Made by a program: the position numbers and the translations under genes. Shown here piece by piece: positions 22,585 to 32,015 of a stretch of 32,015 nucleotides of DNA; position 1 is the first letter of the stretch; every line of letters begins with the position of its first letter. Source of the DNA: Folioceros fuciformis (taxonomy: Eukaryota); contig JBNGIO010006337.1 of assembly GCA_049999805.1 (NCBI GenBank), positions 241,200-273,214 of the forward strand. Direction: 5' to 3'. The notes beneath the pieces were generated by a model that worked only from the letters and a program-made list of their open reading frames with translations, had not been told where the DNA came from and searched no databases.

Positions 22585-23455
22585 GGGCGGACAGGTGGAA
22601 GACGCGCAAGTGGTCCCCGCCGCCACAGAATGGTATCGGCAGAGTTGATCTAGATAGCCTGTTGAACGAAAACTGTTTCTCTAAATTGATGCGCTCAAGT
22701 GTCAAGGATGTACGGTTTCTTTCGGTTTTCAGCAGTTTCTCGGCGCGAGAAAGTACGCCACCTCGGACGGCTGGGCTTGTGGAACACACAATTTCCCGTG
22801 GTGCACACGAACCAACTCGTGTTGGACTGTTGGTCGCGCAAGGTGATTCGAGACGGTCTCTGAGTACTGTCTGGCACCGTCTCGTTCTCAGGTGATGATC
22901 AATGTCGGGAGGAGTGGGAGTTGGGATGCAGCTTCCTCTTCTATCTTCACCTCTTGCGCAATGCGCGCTTCGGCTCTCACGCCTCGTGCTGTTCCGACGC
23001 TTTGCTGCCTCTCCACCGCTAGATTGAGCCTGTTTGGACCGGTGGAGGCCGCGTTGGTTCTTGCGTTCATCGGAGCAGCTGTCCTCGACTGTTGCGTGAT
23101 CCCTGTGATTCTGCAAGTGTTGGAGGTTGGACATTCGCCTCTTCCGTGCCACTGCAGCTTAGCTCTGGCGTTTCGCTGCTTCCCCAACTGTCATCTTCTG
23201 TCTGATGGTGGCGGCATCACATTGAAGCCCTCATTAGATGCTTCAAGCGGAGTGTCTGCTGTGACTTGTCTGTTGTCTTCGTCTGTTGAACTCATCTGCT
23301 GAGTGGATTGCAGTGGGAGCTTGGCGTTTCCTATAATGTCTTGGAACAACGCTGGTGGTTAGCGCGGACGTTAGAATGTGGTGCTGCTGCATTGTTGGGA
23401 CGCTTGCCTTACCACTGGGGCGGGTGGCCTTTGTGATGGTTGCAGGCTCGTTAGC

Positions 23456-24952
23456 ATGGCCGCCATTGGTTGTAACGCTCCTGTGTGGATGCAACATGGA
23501 TTTCACATAAGGGGAGAGCATGGTCGTGACCCATACAGTGAAACAAAATCAGTGCCATCTGCTTATGCTTCCGAAAGACTCGAAAACGTAGGGGTCAAGG
23601 CAACCAATTGTGCACAGCGGTCCACTACCAGGCTTCAGGAGGCTTATTCCACTCGAGAAGCAAGACTGGATGAGGAATTATGGGTGCGTCTTGTGCCTGC
23701 TCCATCGGGCTCACTACTACAAAAAATAATTTGCTCACCTCCTTAACACCATGGGCCATGTGATTGTAGGCGGCGGCGTGGCTGAGAGCGGAGGGTTACC
23801 TTGAAGATAATCCGTATGGACGGTGTGCACGTGTCCATTGGTTTACCGGCTTCCATTGCCACACTTTTTGCTGTTGCTTCTAGCAAGGTGGCACTTGTCA
23901 GCACAGCTAAACGTACAATCTTGTCATCCTGACAGGTATATGGAAAGTCAGAGGAGGAAATTTGCTGAGCAGGTGAGGCTAATGTCTTTGCTTACTGGCG
24001 ACAATGCAGCTTGTGGACGCGGCAGAGCACCCGATCTTGATCCATTGCATGGACTGCTTGGGCAGGAGTTTGGAGCCTTGAAGAGGCGCCTATCAGGCAG
24101 AGTCGGTCAGTCCATCAAATGCATCTGCTTCATTGCTGTAAGTTAGGAAAGTCCTGGCTGGCCCCCGCTGAGTCCCATTTAGGGATCTTGGTACGAAGGG
24201 GGGTGGCAAGAGTCACCCACCCTTCTGATGCAGCACCAGGTTGCTGACCACAACGGGGCCTCCAACCGCAGATTGTGGACAGGGGCAACGACGTCAGTGA
24301 CCTACACAGGAATGTGGACCCCATGGTGGATACCGTCATTGGCACTCTAGACATAAGCTGCCGTCAAGTTGTGCCAGGTGAGGTGAGTTTTACGGTACGC
24401 GGATGGCCAAAAGCACCCTCGTTCGCACCGTGTTCAACATCGAAAGCAACTGACTGGCCATCCGAACCCAGGGACTCAAGGGGCCTGGCTTGCAGGTTTC
24501 TGAAATGCTGGGGCTCCACAGATATGCCTACATCTCCAATGTATGTGTCTCAAAAATGGCCCGTCGCAATGGCGTAGCGTCCAAGCTATTGCAAGATGCA
24601 GCCCGAGTGGCCGAGGGGTGGGGTGAGTGTCACCACTTCCCACAGCTTTCCCCTCACTTCTGCCGGTGCAATGCTCCAACGCCTTGCCGGCGTCCGCTGA
24701 CAGGTTTGAGTGAGATCTACGTCCACGTCCTGCCAACAAATGTGGCTGCCCAGAATTTGTACTCAAAGCATGACTTTCATGTAAGTATATCCCACCTTTG
24801 GTGATGAGGTGAGTCTAGGTTGTATCATCTCCTGGGTTTTGTCCTCACAACAGTTCTGTTGCTAATTCTCAGCATTTGCTGGTCAGATTGTACAAGCACC
24901 CCTGTCTGAACTCAAAGCTAGCCAACCTGTACTGCTTTGCTGGAATATCTGA
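23456..24952 (+). CDS. GNAT6: GCN5-related N-acetyltransferase, plastid GNAT6 (At2g06025)-like, multi-exon; true start may lie further upstream
   Basis: Spliced: REARLDEELW|AAAWLRAE..R|YMESQRRKFAEQ|EFGALKRR..CICFIA|..VIGTLDIS..|RYAYISNVCVSKMARRNGVAS (acetyl-CoA motif RxxGxA)|GLSEIYVHV..N..AQNLY.K..F|IVQ...WNI*. Stop at 24950-24952. An acceptor at 23445 just before the ATG suggests an upstream exon. Confidence 0.88.
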
Positions 24953-25375
24953 TCCTTAAGTCAGGTGCCCAGTTCAAGACATGGAGAATTCGTTCCTTCT
25001 TTGTGGCGCTCGAGTCACTGGGCTCACTCACCTTTTTTTTTTTTTCTTGTAAATTATCACCTTTTTGTTGTGAACATTTTGTGAGCATTGGGGAGTTCGT
25101 AATGGTGCGGTCGTCACCGCGTTGTTAATAAACGTCGTTAACACTCGTCACTCATAGCATTGGTTTGGACAACTTCCAACGTTCCGAGGAAATTTCTGAA
25201 TTGAAAGTGTGTATCGCACGGGGCGTGATTGTGAAGCTTGCGCGGCACGCGGGAGTTGGACTGTTGCGCGAGTCAAATTCCTTGCGCCGGAATGAAACTA
25301 GTTGGTGTTTTTTGCAGATCGGGGAGCGGCTTGAACTGAATTGTGCGCAAGCGGCAGGGAAGGGATCGGCGAGTG

Positions 25376-26065
25376 ATGCTCAGCACCATGCAGGCGTGGT
25401 TCTCCGGGGGGCCGAGCGCGCAGGCGGACAAGCCAGCGTCTCTGCTTGCGGACTGGCAGTCGTATGCAGCAGCTCAGTCTCACGACACCCCGGCGGCACG
25501 GACAGGAACCGATCTGGAGAGTGGCTTGCAGGAATCGTTCGCTCCGCTACTCAAGAGCGCCAACGAAACCCTAGTGGGAGCGTTCAACAAGGTTTCACAG
25601 GGCGTGCGAGAGCTCCCCGGAAATGTGTCCACTGCTGCCAGCAGCGTGCCCTCTCCTAAGACTCTCATGTACTTCGGCCTTCTGGTAGGCACCGGCATCT
25701 TCTTCATGATGCTAGCCCTGACGGTGTTTCTGCCGGTGCTGGCCCTGGCGCCCCAGAAGTTCGCCCTCTGCTTCTGCTTCGGCTGTGCCTTCATCATGGG
25801 ATCCTTCTTCGTGCTCAAGGGTCCGCAGGCGCAGATCCAGCACATGATCTCCACGGAGCGGCTGGCGTCCACCTGTTCCTTGCTCGGTAGCATGGCTGCT
25901 ACAGTGTATGTGTCCATGGTGCTGCACAGCTACCCGCTTTCTGTCATCTGTGCGGTGGCTCAGGTGTTGGCCCTTCTCTACTACGTTATATCCTACTTCC
26001 CCGGAGGATCCTCGGGCATGAGGTTTCTGTCCGGCATGGTCATGTCCCGGGTGGTTGGGAGGTGA
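25376..26065 (+). CDS. SFT2: SFT2/Got1-family vesicle transport membrane protein (four TM helices), intronless CDS
   Basis: MQAWFSGG..SLLADWQSYAA..DLE N-terminus typical of plant SFT2-like proteins. LAPQKFALCF..G....GSFF.LKGP..Q..HM.S.ERL, VQ/AQV.AL.YY.ISYFPGG motifs and four hydrophobic segments. Confidence 0.92.
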   Translation: MLSTMQAWFSGGPSAQADKPASLLADWQSYAAAQSHDTPAARTGTDLESGLQESFAPLLKSANETLVGAFNKVSQGVRELPGNVSTAASSVPSPKTLMYFGLLVGTGIFFMMLALTVFLPVLALAPQKFALCFCFGCAFIMGSFFVLKGPQAQIQHMISTERLASTCSLLGSMAATVYVSMVLHSYPLSVICAVAQVLALLYYVISYFPGGSSGMRFLSGMVMSRVVGR

Positions 26066-28730
26066 ATGAAGGGCTAAGGCGGAAGCTGATTCGTTTCTTC
26101 CCGCTTGGAGCTTCTCTTGTAGCCCCTCCAGGTGCTGCTGATGTTCTTCCTTTGCTCTTCCTCTTCTGCAAGTGGAAGAGGGCTATGCCAGTGCCATAAG
26201 ATAATATCTTAGAACACTTAAGCGGCAAGTCATTGAGGTCGCTCTTTCCCTCACTAACTCAATCACTGGCGGTTGCACCAGATCTGGTGCGTGACTGAGT
26301 GCGATACTTCAGCATTGTAAGCTATCTCTCTTTGTACCAGAGCACACTACATCCAGCATGTGCGTCGCAGATTGCTTTCTGACAGAACGTAGTGCAGACG
26401 TAGGGGAGACAGCCTTTGAAAGGTGGCAGTATTGGTGATGACGGTGTAATACGTCCATTGTTGCCTTTTGTTTGCAAACCTCCCTCTGAAAGGACGGGAG
26501 AGTGTATGCGATCGTTCCTCATGGCATCTGTATTTTGTGGTGTGTAACTTACTTACCCATAGCAGAGCGTGCGTCAGATGTGTGACGCAGCAGAATATCC
26601 AGGTCGGTGGGGATTGCATGATCCGGTTGTCGCATTGGCGTGTAAGTGTTCTCTGATAGAAAATGTTATTGTTCATAATGGCCTTGTGGTGTGCACGGGG
26701 TTATGAGGTGTTACCGTTCCTCGGCCGTGCTTTTGCCCTCCCTCTTGCCCTGCTTTAGTCCAACTGACTCCAGCAGCATTGGTAGAGCGAATTGGGGCTG
26801 CTGCCTTCCATGCTGATGGGAGGAGAGCCACAAACGAGGCACGCGGACAGAACCAGACAACATAATAGGCTCGGGCTCATGTGGGTGAGCCTGAAGATCC
26901 TGGTTAGGCCCACCAGTGTTGTTTGTTTCTGGGTGGAGTGTAGCAGAGGCCGGGACCTACTTTGTCCCCTCGCTTTTTTGCAGGCTGGCCTTGGAATAGG
27001 AGCTGGTGACCTTTGGCCTCAACTTGCTCCTAAACCAAATCAGGCCCAAAGGAGGCGCAACTGAGGAAAAGGGTGGACTCGGTCCCAGGGGTTTTGCTAC
27101 CTCGCTACGCTGCTGTAGCTACATACTGAATGTGCAGTTGTTCCATCCATCTGTTGACACGTATGGCATAGGTGGGTGTGAGCAGGTAGGCCATGGAGAA
27201 GCAACAAGAAGATGATAGGAAGCAGGAGTTGCGTATGGACTGCAACCAGGCTGTGTTGAGCAAGTGGACAAGGTGCGCTGGATGGCACATGACGGGATAG
27301 CGATAGGCAACAGCCCTTGTATCGTGCAGTGTGCTTATCAGTATCACAAGTCTGGGCCTGGGCAGTCAGTCTGTGTTGTTGTACACCGGTGGTCCTGGAG
27401 GATTTGTACGTGGGAGCCTAGCAAGCATGGGAAGGAGGCAATGGTGGAGACCATATCTGGAATGATGGTTGTACAAACGCCCCTGTTCGCTGCACCCGGG
27501 CTCTAGTTCCAGGCAGGCAAACCGACAAAGATGCCGCTGATATGTGCTGTTCACAGGTTTACAGGGGATCGGCATCCGGCGGAAAAGTGGCCCAGCCTTG
27601 TGGAGCAACGCGTCAGCCAGTGGTTGCGGATGAAGCAGGCCCTGAACCTACCGGGGAAAGGCGGGCGAGCCCATCGCTGGCCTGGCCCTGGCTCTGGCTC
27701 TTCCCCTGGCGTGGCCTGTCCCTGCTTTTTTGGAAGAGGCCTCTCAATAATGTATGGGATACAAGTACATATGTATGGCTTTGTGGGACACCGTCACCTC
27801 CTGTCCATGGGCGAGGGCCATTTTCGTCGTTGCGGCGTCCCGCTGCCGCGGCTGCCATGGCCTTGCTTTTAAGACCTGCTCCCTCTCTCTCATCACATTA
27901 GGAACGACCTAATACGCCCCGCGAATCAAGCAAGGAAGAAGCCGAGCGGGAATCACGAAGGAATTTTCTCCTCCAAAACTTTTACCATGGTGAGGCTGTG
28001 AGTCTCAAGCTACTGTACTTCATAGTCCTCACAGAACTTAAAATAGAGTTCTTCTTCTTTTCCTAGTGGCACAAAAGGCATCCACTACTCGTACTGGTCA
28101 CTTCCTACAACTACCGATCCATAGATGTTTGTCCAATTAACCTAACTCTCTCCCGCAACGCGTTTGCACCTTCCCAGAGTCCCGACGGAGACACAGGATG
28201 CAGGCCGATGAGAATTGGACGATATAGAAGGGCCCTCTCTTCTGCTGCTTGCAACATGCGCGATAGAGCGGATCGCTCCTACTATACCAGCATCCTTTCC
28301 CGTCCCTTCCAGTCTCTTTCCTCTCTCTAACGGGACTCCATGGCCTCCCTTCTTCTTCTCGCTGGCCCGAAATGTCAGTGCATTGCGGAGTCGAAGTGCG
28401 TGATAGCGTTCCCCCTGCATCCCAGGGTCGCGTAATCTCTGCGACCTGTAGCGCTGAGAGGGTCGCGATAAATATTATGTATGACGAAGCAATCTGGCGG
28501 GAAAGCCCCCCGAGCGCACCGGCTGCCTAAATTTTGCTTGGTTTAGAAATTCCCATGTGCCCACGGGAGAGGAGATCACAGAATGCCTGATCGCTGATCT
28601 CGGACGACTGCCTGCTGCCCTGAGAATTATTTCCGACTGTTTCCTCGTCCGGGAAGGAAGGATTTCTGTGAGGTCGCTGTCGCTACAGGATTTACGCGAC
28701 CTCAGTGATTCGACCGGTGCGCTGCTCTCT

Positions 28731-28751
28731 TGTGCTGTGCTGTGCTGTGCT
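28731..28751 (+). repeat. (TGTGC)4 pentanucleotide microsatellite in the probable 5' UTR intron of the AVT1 gene
   Basis: tgtgctgtgctgtgctgtgct. Confidence 0.85.
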
Positions 28752-28904
28752 CTCGTCTCCTCTCATAGAGAGAGCTCTGGGAGCGACTGTGGTTTCTTCT
28801 GCAGCGGCCTGAGGATCCTAGTACCGTCTTCTGGAGAACTAGCTGGTAGCGACTCCTGTTTGTCTCGACTGACAGGAGCCACAGGGACGCCCGGGCCTCC
28901 CACA

Positions 28905-31900
28905 ATGAGTGCCGGCAGGAATGCCTCCTTCTACGACAGTCACGCAGAGAGCGACGACGAAGATGACGATCCCCAGGGGAGGCACGACGACGAGGACGAC
29001 GACGACGACGACGACGACGACGAGGAGGCAGGGCCTAGGTCCCCCAGCGCCTCTGTCAGGGAGGCTAATCTCGAATCCCCTGCTAACAGCCAGCAGTGGC
29101 CGCAGAGCTACAGGTGATTGCTGTTACAGATTTCTGTGTGGTTGTGGGAGTGGGTGTGCAAGTTTTCAGTCCAAATTCTACATTTGTGGCGGCTCGGGAT
29201 TCCGAGGTGGGATTCTGTCTGTCCTGCGCTCTGACAGTCCCGCGCTTGCAAGTTTCTCAAGGAGTTGTCACGTGTACGAATTGAGTTCATGAGATGAAAT
29301 TGAGTTCTGTGGGTGTGGCTCTGTTTGGGTCGGTTCGTCTCTCCTCTAATTTACAGAGATCTCGGAAGATGGCTTTGAGTGGGAAGCGTTTACCTTGGTG
29401 TCTGTGAAAGACCGTGTTCTCATGGCTCGCAGCTTCTTCTCCCAGGCACTCTATGGACATGTACAGTTACATGGCCTCGCCAAGGCTCAGCATGTTCAGC
29501 CCAGGAGTTAGCCGACAGAGCGGCACATACCTCTCCAACTCATACCGAAGACCATCAGTGCACTCACCGGATGCTACAGATTCGCATATCAAAGTTCCCT
29601 TTCTGCCAAGGCCAACGAAACCACAGAAAGCCGAGGTCGCCTACCCTGTTGCTCACAGGAAGCCCTCTGAGCCGCTACCGAAGGAGACCTATGACGTCAA
29701 GGTTTCGGCAGTAAAGAAATGTAGCTTCACGCAGGCCATGCTCAATGGTAGGGAGGAGCTGAATGTGGGGGATCCTGATTCGTGGGCCCTTCTCTTCTCT
29801 TCTGGCGGTGACTTCGCTCTTGACTGAATCCTCTCCGGGCTTGTGGGTGCTCAGGTATGAATGTGCTCGCAGGGGTTGGTCTCCTCACTACTCCGTATGC
29901 AGTCAAGGAGGGAGGCTGGATAAGCCTCCTTCTTCTTCTCGGTCTAGCTCTAGTTTGCCTCTACACAGGCGTCATGTTACGATGGTGTTTGGACAGTAAA
30001 CCAGGCTTGGCAACTTATCCAGACATCGGACAAGCTGCCTTTGGAAGCCTGGGACGGCTTGTAATTTCTGTAAGTGAGTCCTCGCAGCATTCTCTTCCTT
30101 GCTTTGGAAGTCCAGCTGCAGTCTCGTTCTGAGGTCAAACGAAGCTCATGGTTTTTCCTTGCTTGCAGATTGTATTGTACACCGAGCTTTATGTAAGCAT
30201 CCCACCACTTACACCCGCTGGTTGGCCTTTGGGATAGCGGTAAACTCTTTTGGCATTTCATGCTTCATCCTGGACGTGGTGGATGTGTAGGCTTGTTGTG
30301 TGGAATTTCTGATACTCGAGGGAGACAACCTGTCAGCTTTATTCCCTGGAGTTCACCTTGATATTGCTGGGGTCTATGTGGATTCACACAAGGTGTTCGC
30401 AGTGCTAACTGCGTTGTGCATCTTGCCCACTGTATGGCTGAGAGATCTCAGCCTCTTATCCTACGTTTCAGGTCTGGAATCATTCGCTGCGAGTGGATTG
30501 CTTGGTGTTGCTGTCATTGTAGGGGAACAAAAAACTTCAGCACGAAGTTGGCTGAAAATTTCAAGAGGCAACATGACTAGGGCCCAGAGTCTGCAGCCAG
30601 CTTATCCGTAACGGTTTTTTATCCGCTGGGTTGCAGCTGGGGGTGTGGTGGCCTCCATCGTTGTTGTGTGTTCCGTGATCTGGGTGGGGACTGTGGATAA
30701 CGTCGGCTTCACCCACACTGGGCCACTTTTAAACCTGGGAGGTATTCCAGTATCAATCGGCCTATATGGCTTCTGCTTTTCGGGTCATGCAGTGTTCCCC
30801 AACATCTACTCATCGATGAAACATCCAGAACAATTCAACAAGGTTCTGCAGTTGAGGTGCGTGACCTCAAGGCATGTTAAGGGTTAGTGTGTGAATGAGT
30901 GCTGTCCTTGCTTCATTCACGGCTACAGCAACGGGCATTATTCAGTCTCAGTAGGGTTGTGTTTTGCAGCTTCTTAGTATGCACCTGCATCATCGGCGGC
31001 GTTGCAGTCATGGGTTACACTATGTTCGGAGACGACACGGCCTCTCAGATAACGTTGAATCTTCCCAGCCAGTTTGTGGCATCAAGAATAGCCTTGTGGA
31101 CCACGGTAAGCTGCTGGAGGTGCCTTCACGGAGTGGTTCACCTTTCAACTTTCCCTGGATCTTCTTCCAGGGAGTGTGGTCATTGTCTAACGTGTACTGA
31201 TAGTGTTCCCATGCGCAGGTCGTAAACCCCTTTACCAAATATCCTTCCATGATATACAGCTTGCGTCGGTTTGTGGCTGCCAGTGGTACAGGTGTGTGAG
31301 AAGCTAGCTAGCTATTTAGCCTGATTGCATGCCAGTCCTTGAATGAGTATGTGAGACATTGGCACGCTTGAGATGATGGTGGTTTTGCTTTTCGACCTAT
31401 CCAACCGAAGCAACGATTCATGTTCTCCTTAACCGTCTTGGGAACACATATGCTTTGACAATGACTCCGGTTGCATTGAGTTTGGAGGAATTGCTTCCTC
31501 CGAATCTAGACGGCCTCCGGTACCGGTCAACTTCCATCTTGATACGAACCCTGCTAGTGGCGTCAACCGTGGCCGTTGCTATCCTGGTTCCTTTTTTCGG
31601 TGAGTTCCCTTCACTTCCCTTGTACACCTCTGTGGTGTGGTATGGTGGTCCATGGAGCTCCAGACTCCCCACTGCACTCCTGAATGTGGCTTTCGGCTTT
31701 GATGAGAGGCAGGTTACGTGATGGCCTTCATCGGCTCTTTCCTCAGCGTAACTGTCGTATGTCCCTTCGCTCCTAAAACCCATCCATCCATGTACACGTA
31801 CACGTGTGGCCCCGGCTAATTCATCAGCATTGTCTGGGTGACTGACAGTGGTGATTGTGCTCCTTATCTCTGCAGTCGGTGATCCTCCCTTGCGCTTGTT

Positions 31901-31938
31901 ATTTGCGCATATTGGGCCAAAAAGCAACCGTGTCACAG
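28905..31938 (+). CDS. AVT1: AVT1-family (Aa_trans) vacuolar amino acid transporter, multi-exon, 3' end beyond the window
   Basis: Acidic N-terminus; [147 protein letters not shown]. The last visible exon ends at 31938 with no stop codon. Confidence 0.95.
28984..29027 (+). repeat. (GAC)n trinucleotide repeat encoding poly-Asp in the AVT1 N-terminus
   Basis: gacgacgaggacgacgacgacgacgacgacgacgacgaggag = [14 protein letters not shown]. Confidence 0.9.
31239..31447 (+). other. U12-type (minor spliceosome) AT-AC intron in AVT1
   Basis: Donor ATATCCTT at 31239, branch point TCCTTAAC at 31426-31433 and 3' AC at 31446-31447. Removal restores NPFTK-YAL in frame. Confidence 0.93.
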
Positions 31939-32015
31939 GTACGCAACATACATGCATGCTGTGAGATACATTAGAGGGACAGGGAAAGACAAAATGGGTA
32001 GGAGAGGAGCGGTAT

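Noticed and set aside
22400-23152. 250-aa minus-strand ORF
   Set aside because: Arg/Ser-rich with no recognisable motif, it overlaps the MRE11 terminal exons in antisense and looks like a GC-driven spurious ORF.
23738-23750. TCCTTAAC U12-like branch sequence in the GNAT6 intron
   Set aside because: The intron's donor is GTGCGT, not RTATCCT, so it is a U2 intron.
28557-28904. In-frame upstream extension of AVT1 (ORF from 28557)
   Set aside because: It starts at a GTG and crosses a probable 5' UTR intron containing the TGTGC microsatellite (acceptor ~28875). The ATG at 28905 fits the family better.
1-32015. Prokaryotic systems (CRISPR array, operon, defence island), rRNA or tRNA genes
   Set aside because: The window consists of spliced eukaryotic genes, and I saw no regularly spaced repeats or recognisable structural RNA sequence.

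Overview
Gene-dense eukaryotic nuclear DNA from a plant: ~50% GC, short (~70-250 nt) spliceosomal introns and two 100-N scaffold gaps. The compact architecture suggests a seed-free plant such as a hornwort or other bryophyte (inference). Manual splicing gives eight protein-coding genes in order: MED13 (+), an unrecognised coiled-coil protein (-), a probably organelle-targeted protein with two tandem bacterial-type retropepsin (DTGA) aspartic protease domains (+), an intronless P-class plastid PPR protein resembling At5g39980/PDM3 (-), MRE11 (+), a plastid GNAT6-like acetyltransferase (+), an intronless SFT2/Got1-family protein (+) and an AVT1-family amino acid transporter (+, runs off the window). 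The best novelty candidate is the 12-exon double-retropepsin gene, a possible bacterial-origin organellar protease. Other notable signals are a clear U12 AT-AC intron in AVT1, a GC-AG intron in MRE11, two short divergent promoters, and the orphan coiled-coil gene. No rRNA, tRNA, CRISPR array or transposon was recognised. All family assignments are from remembered motifs, not from searches.
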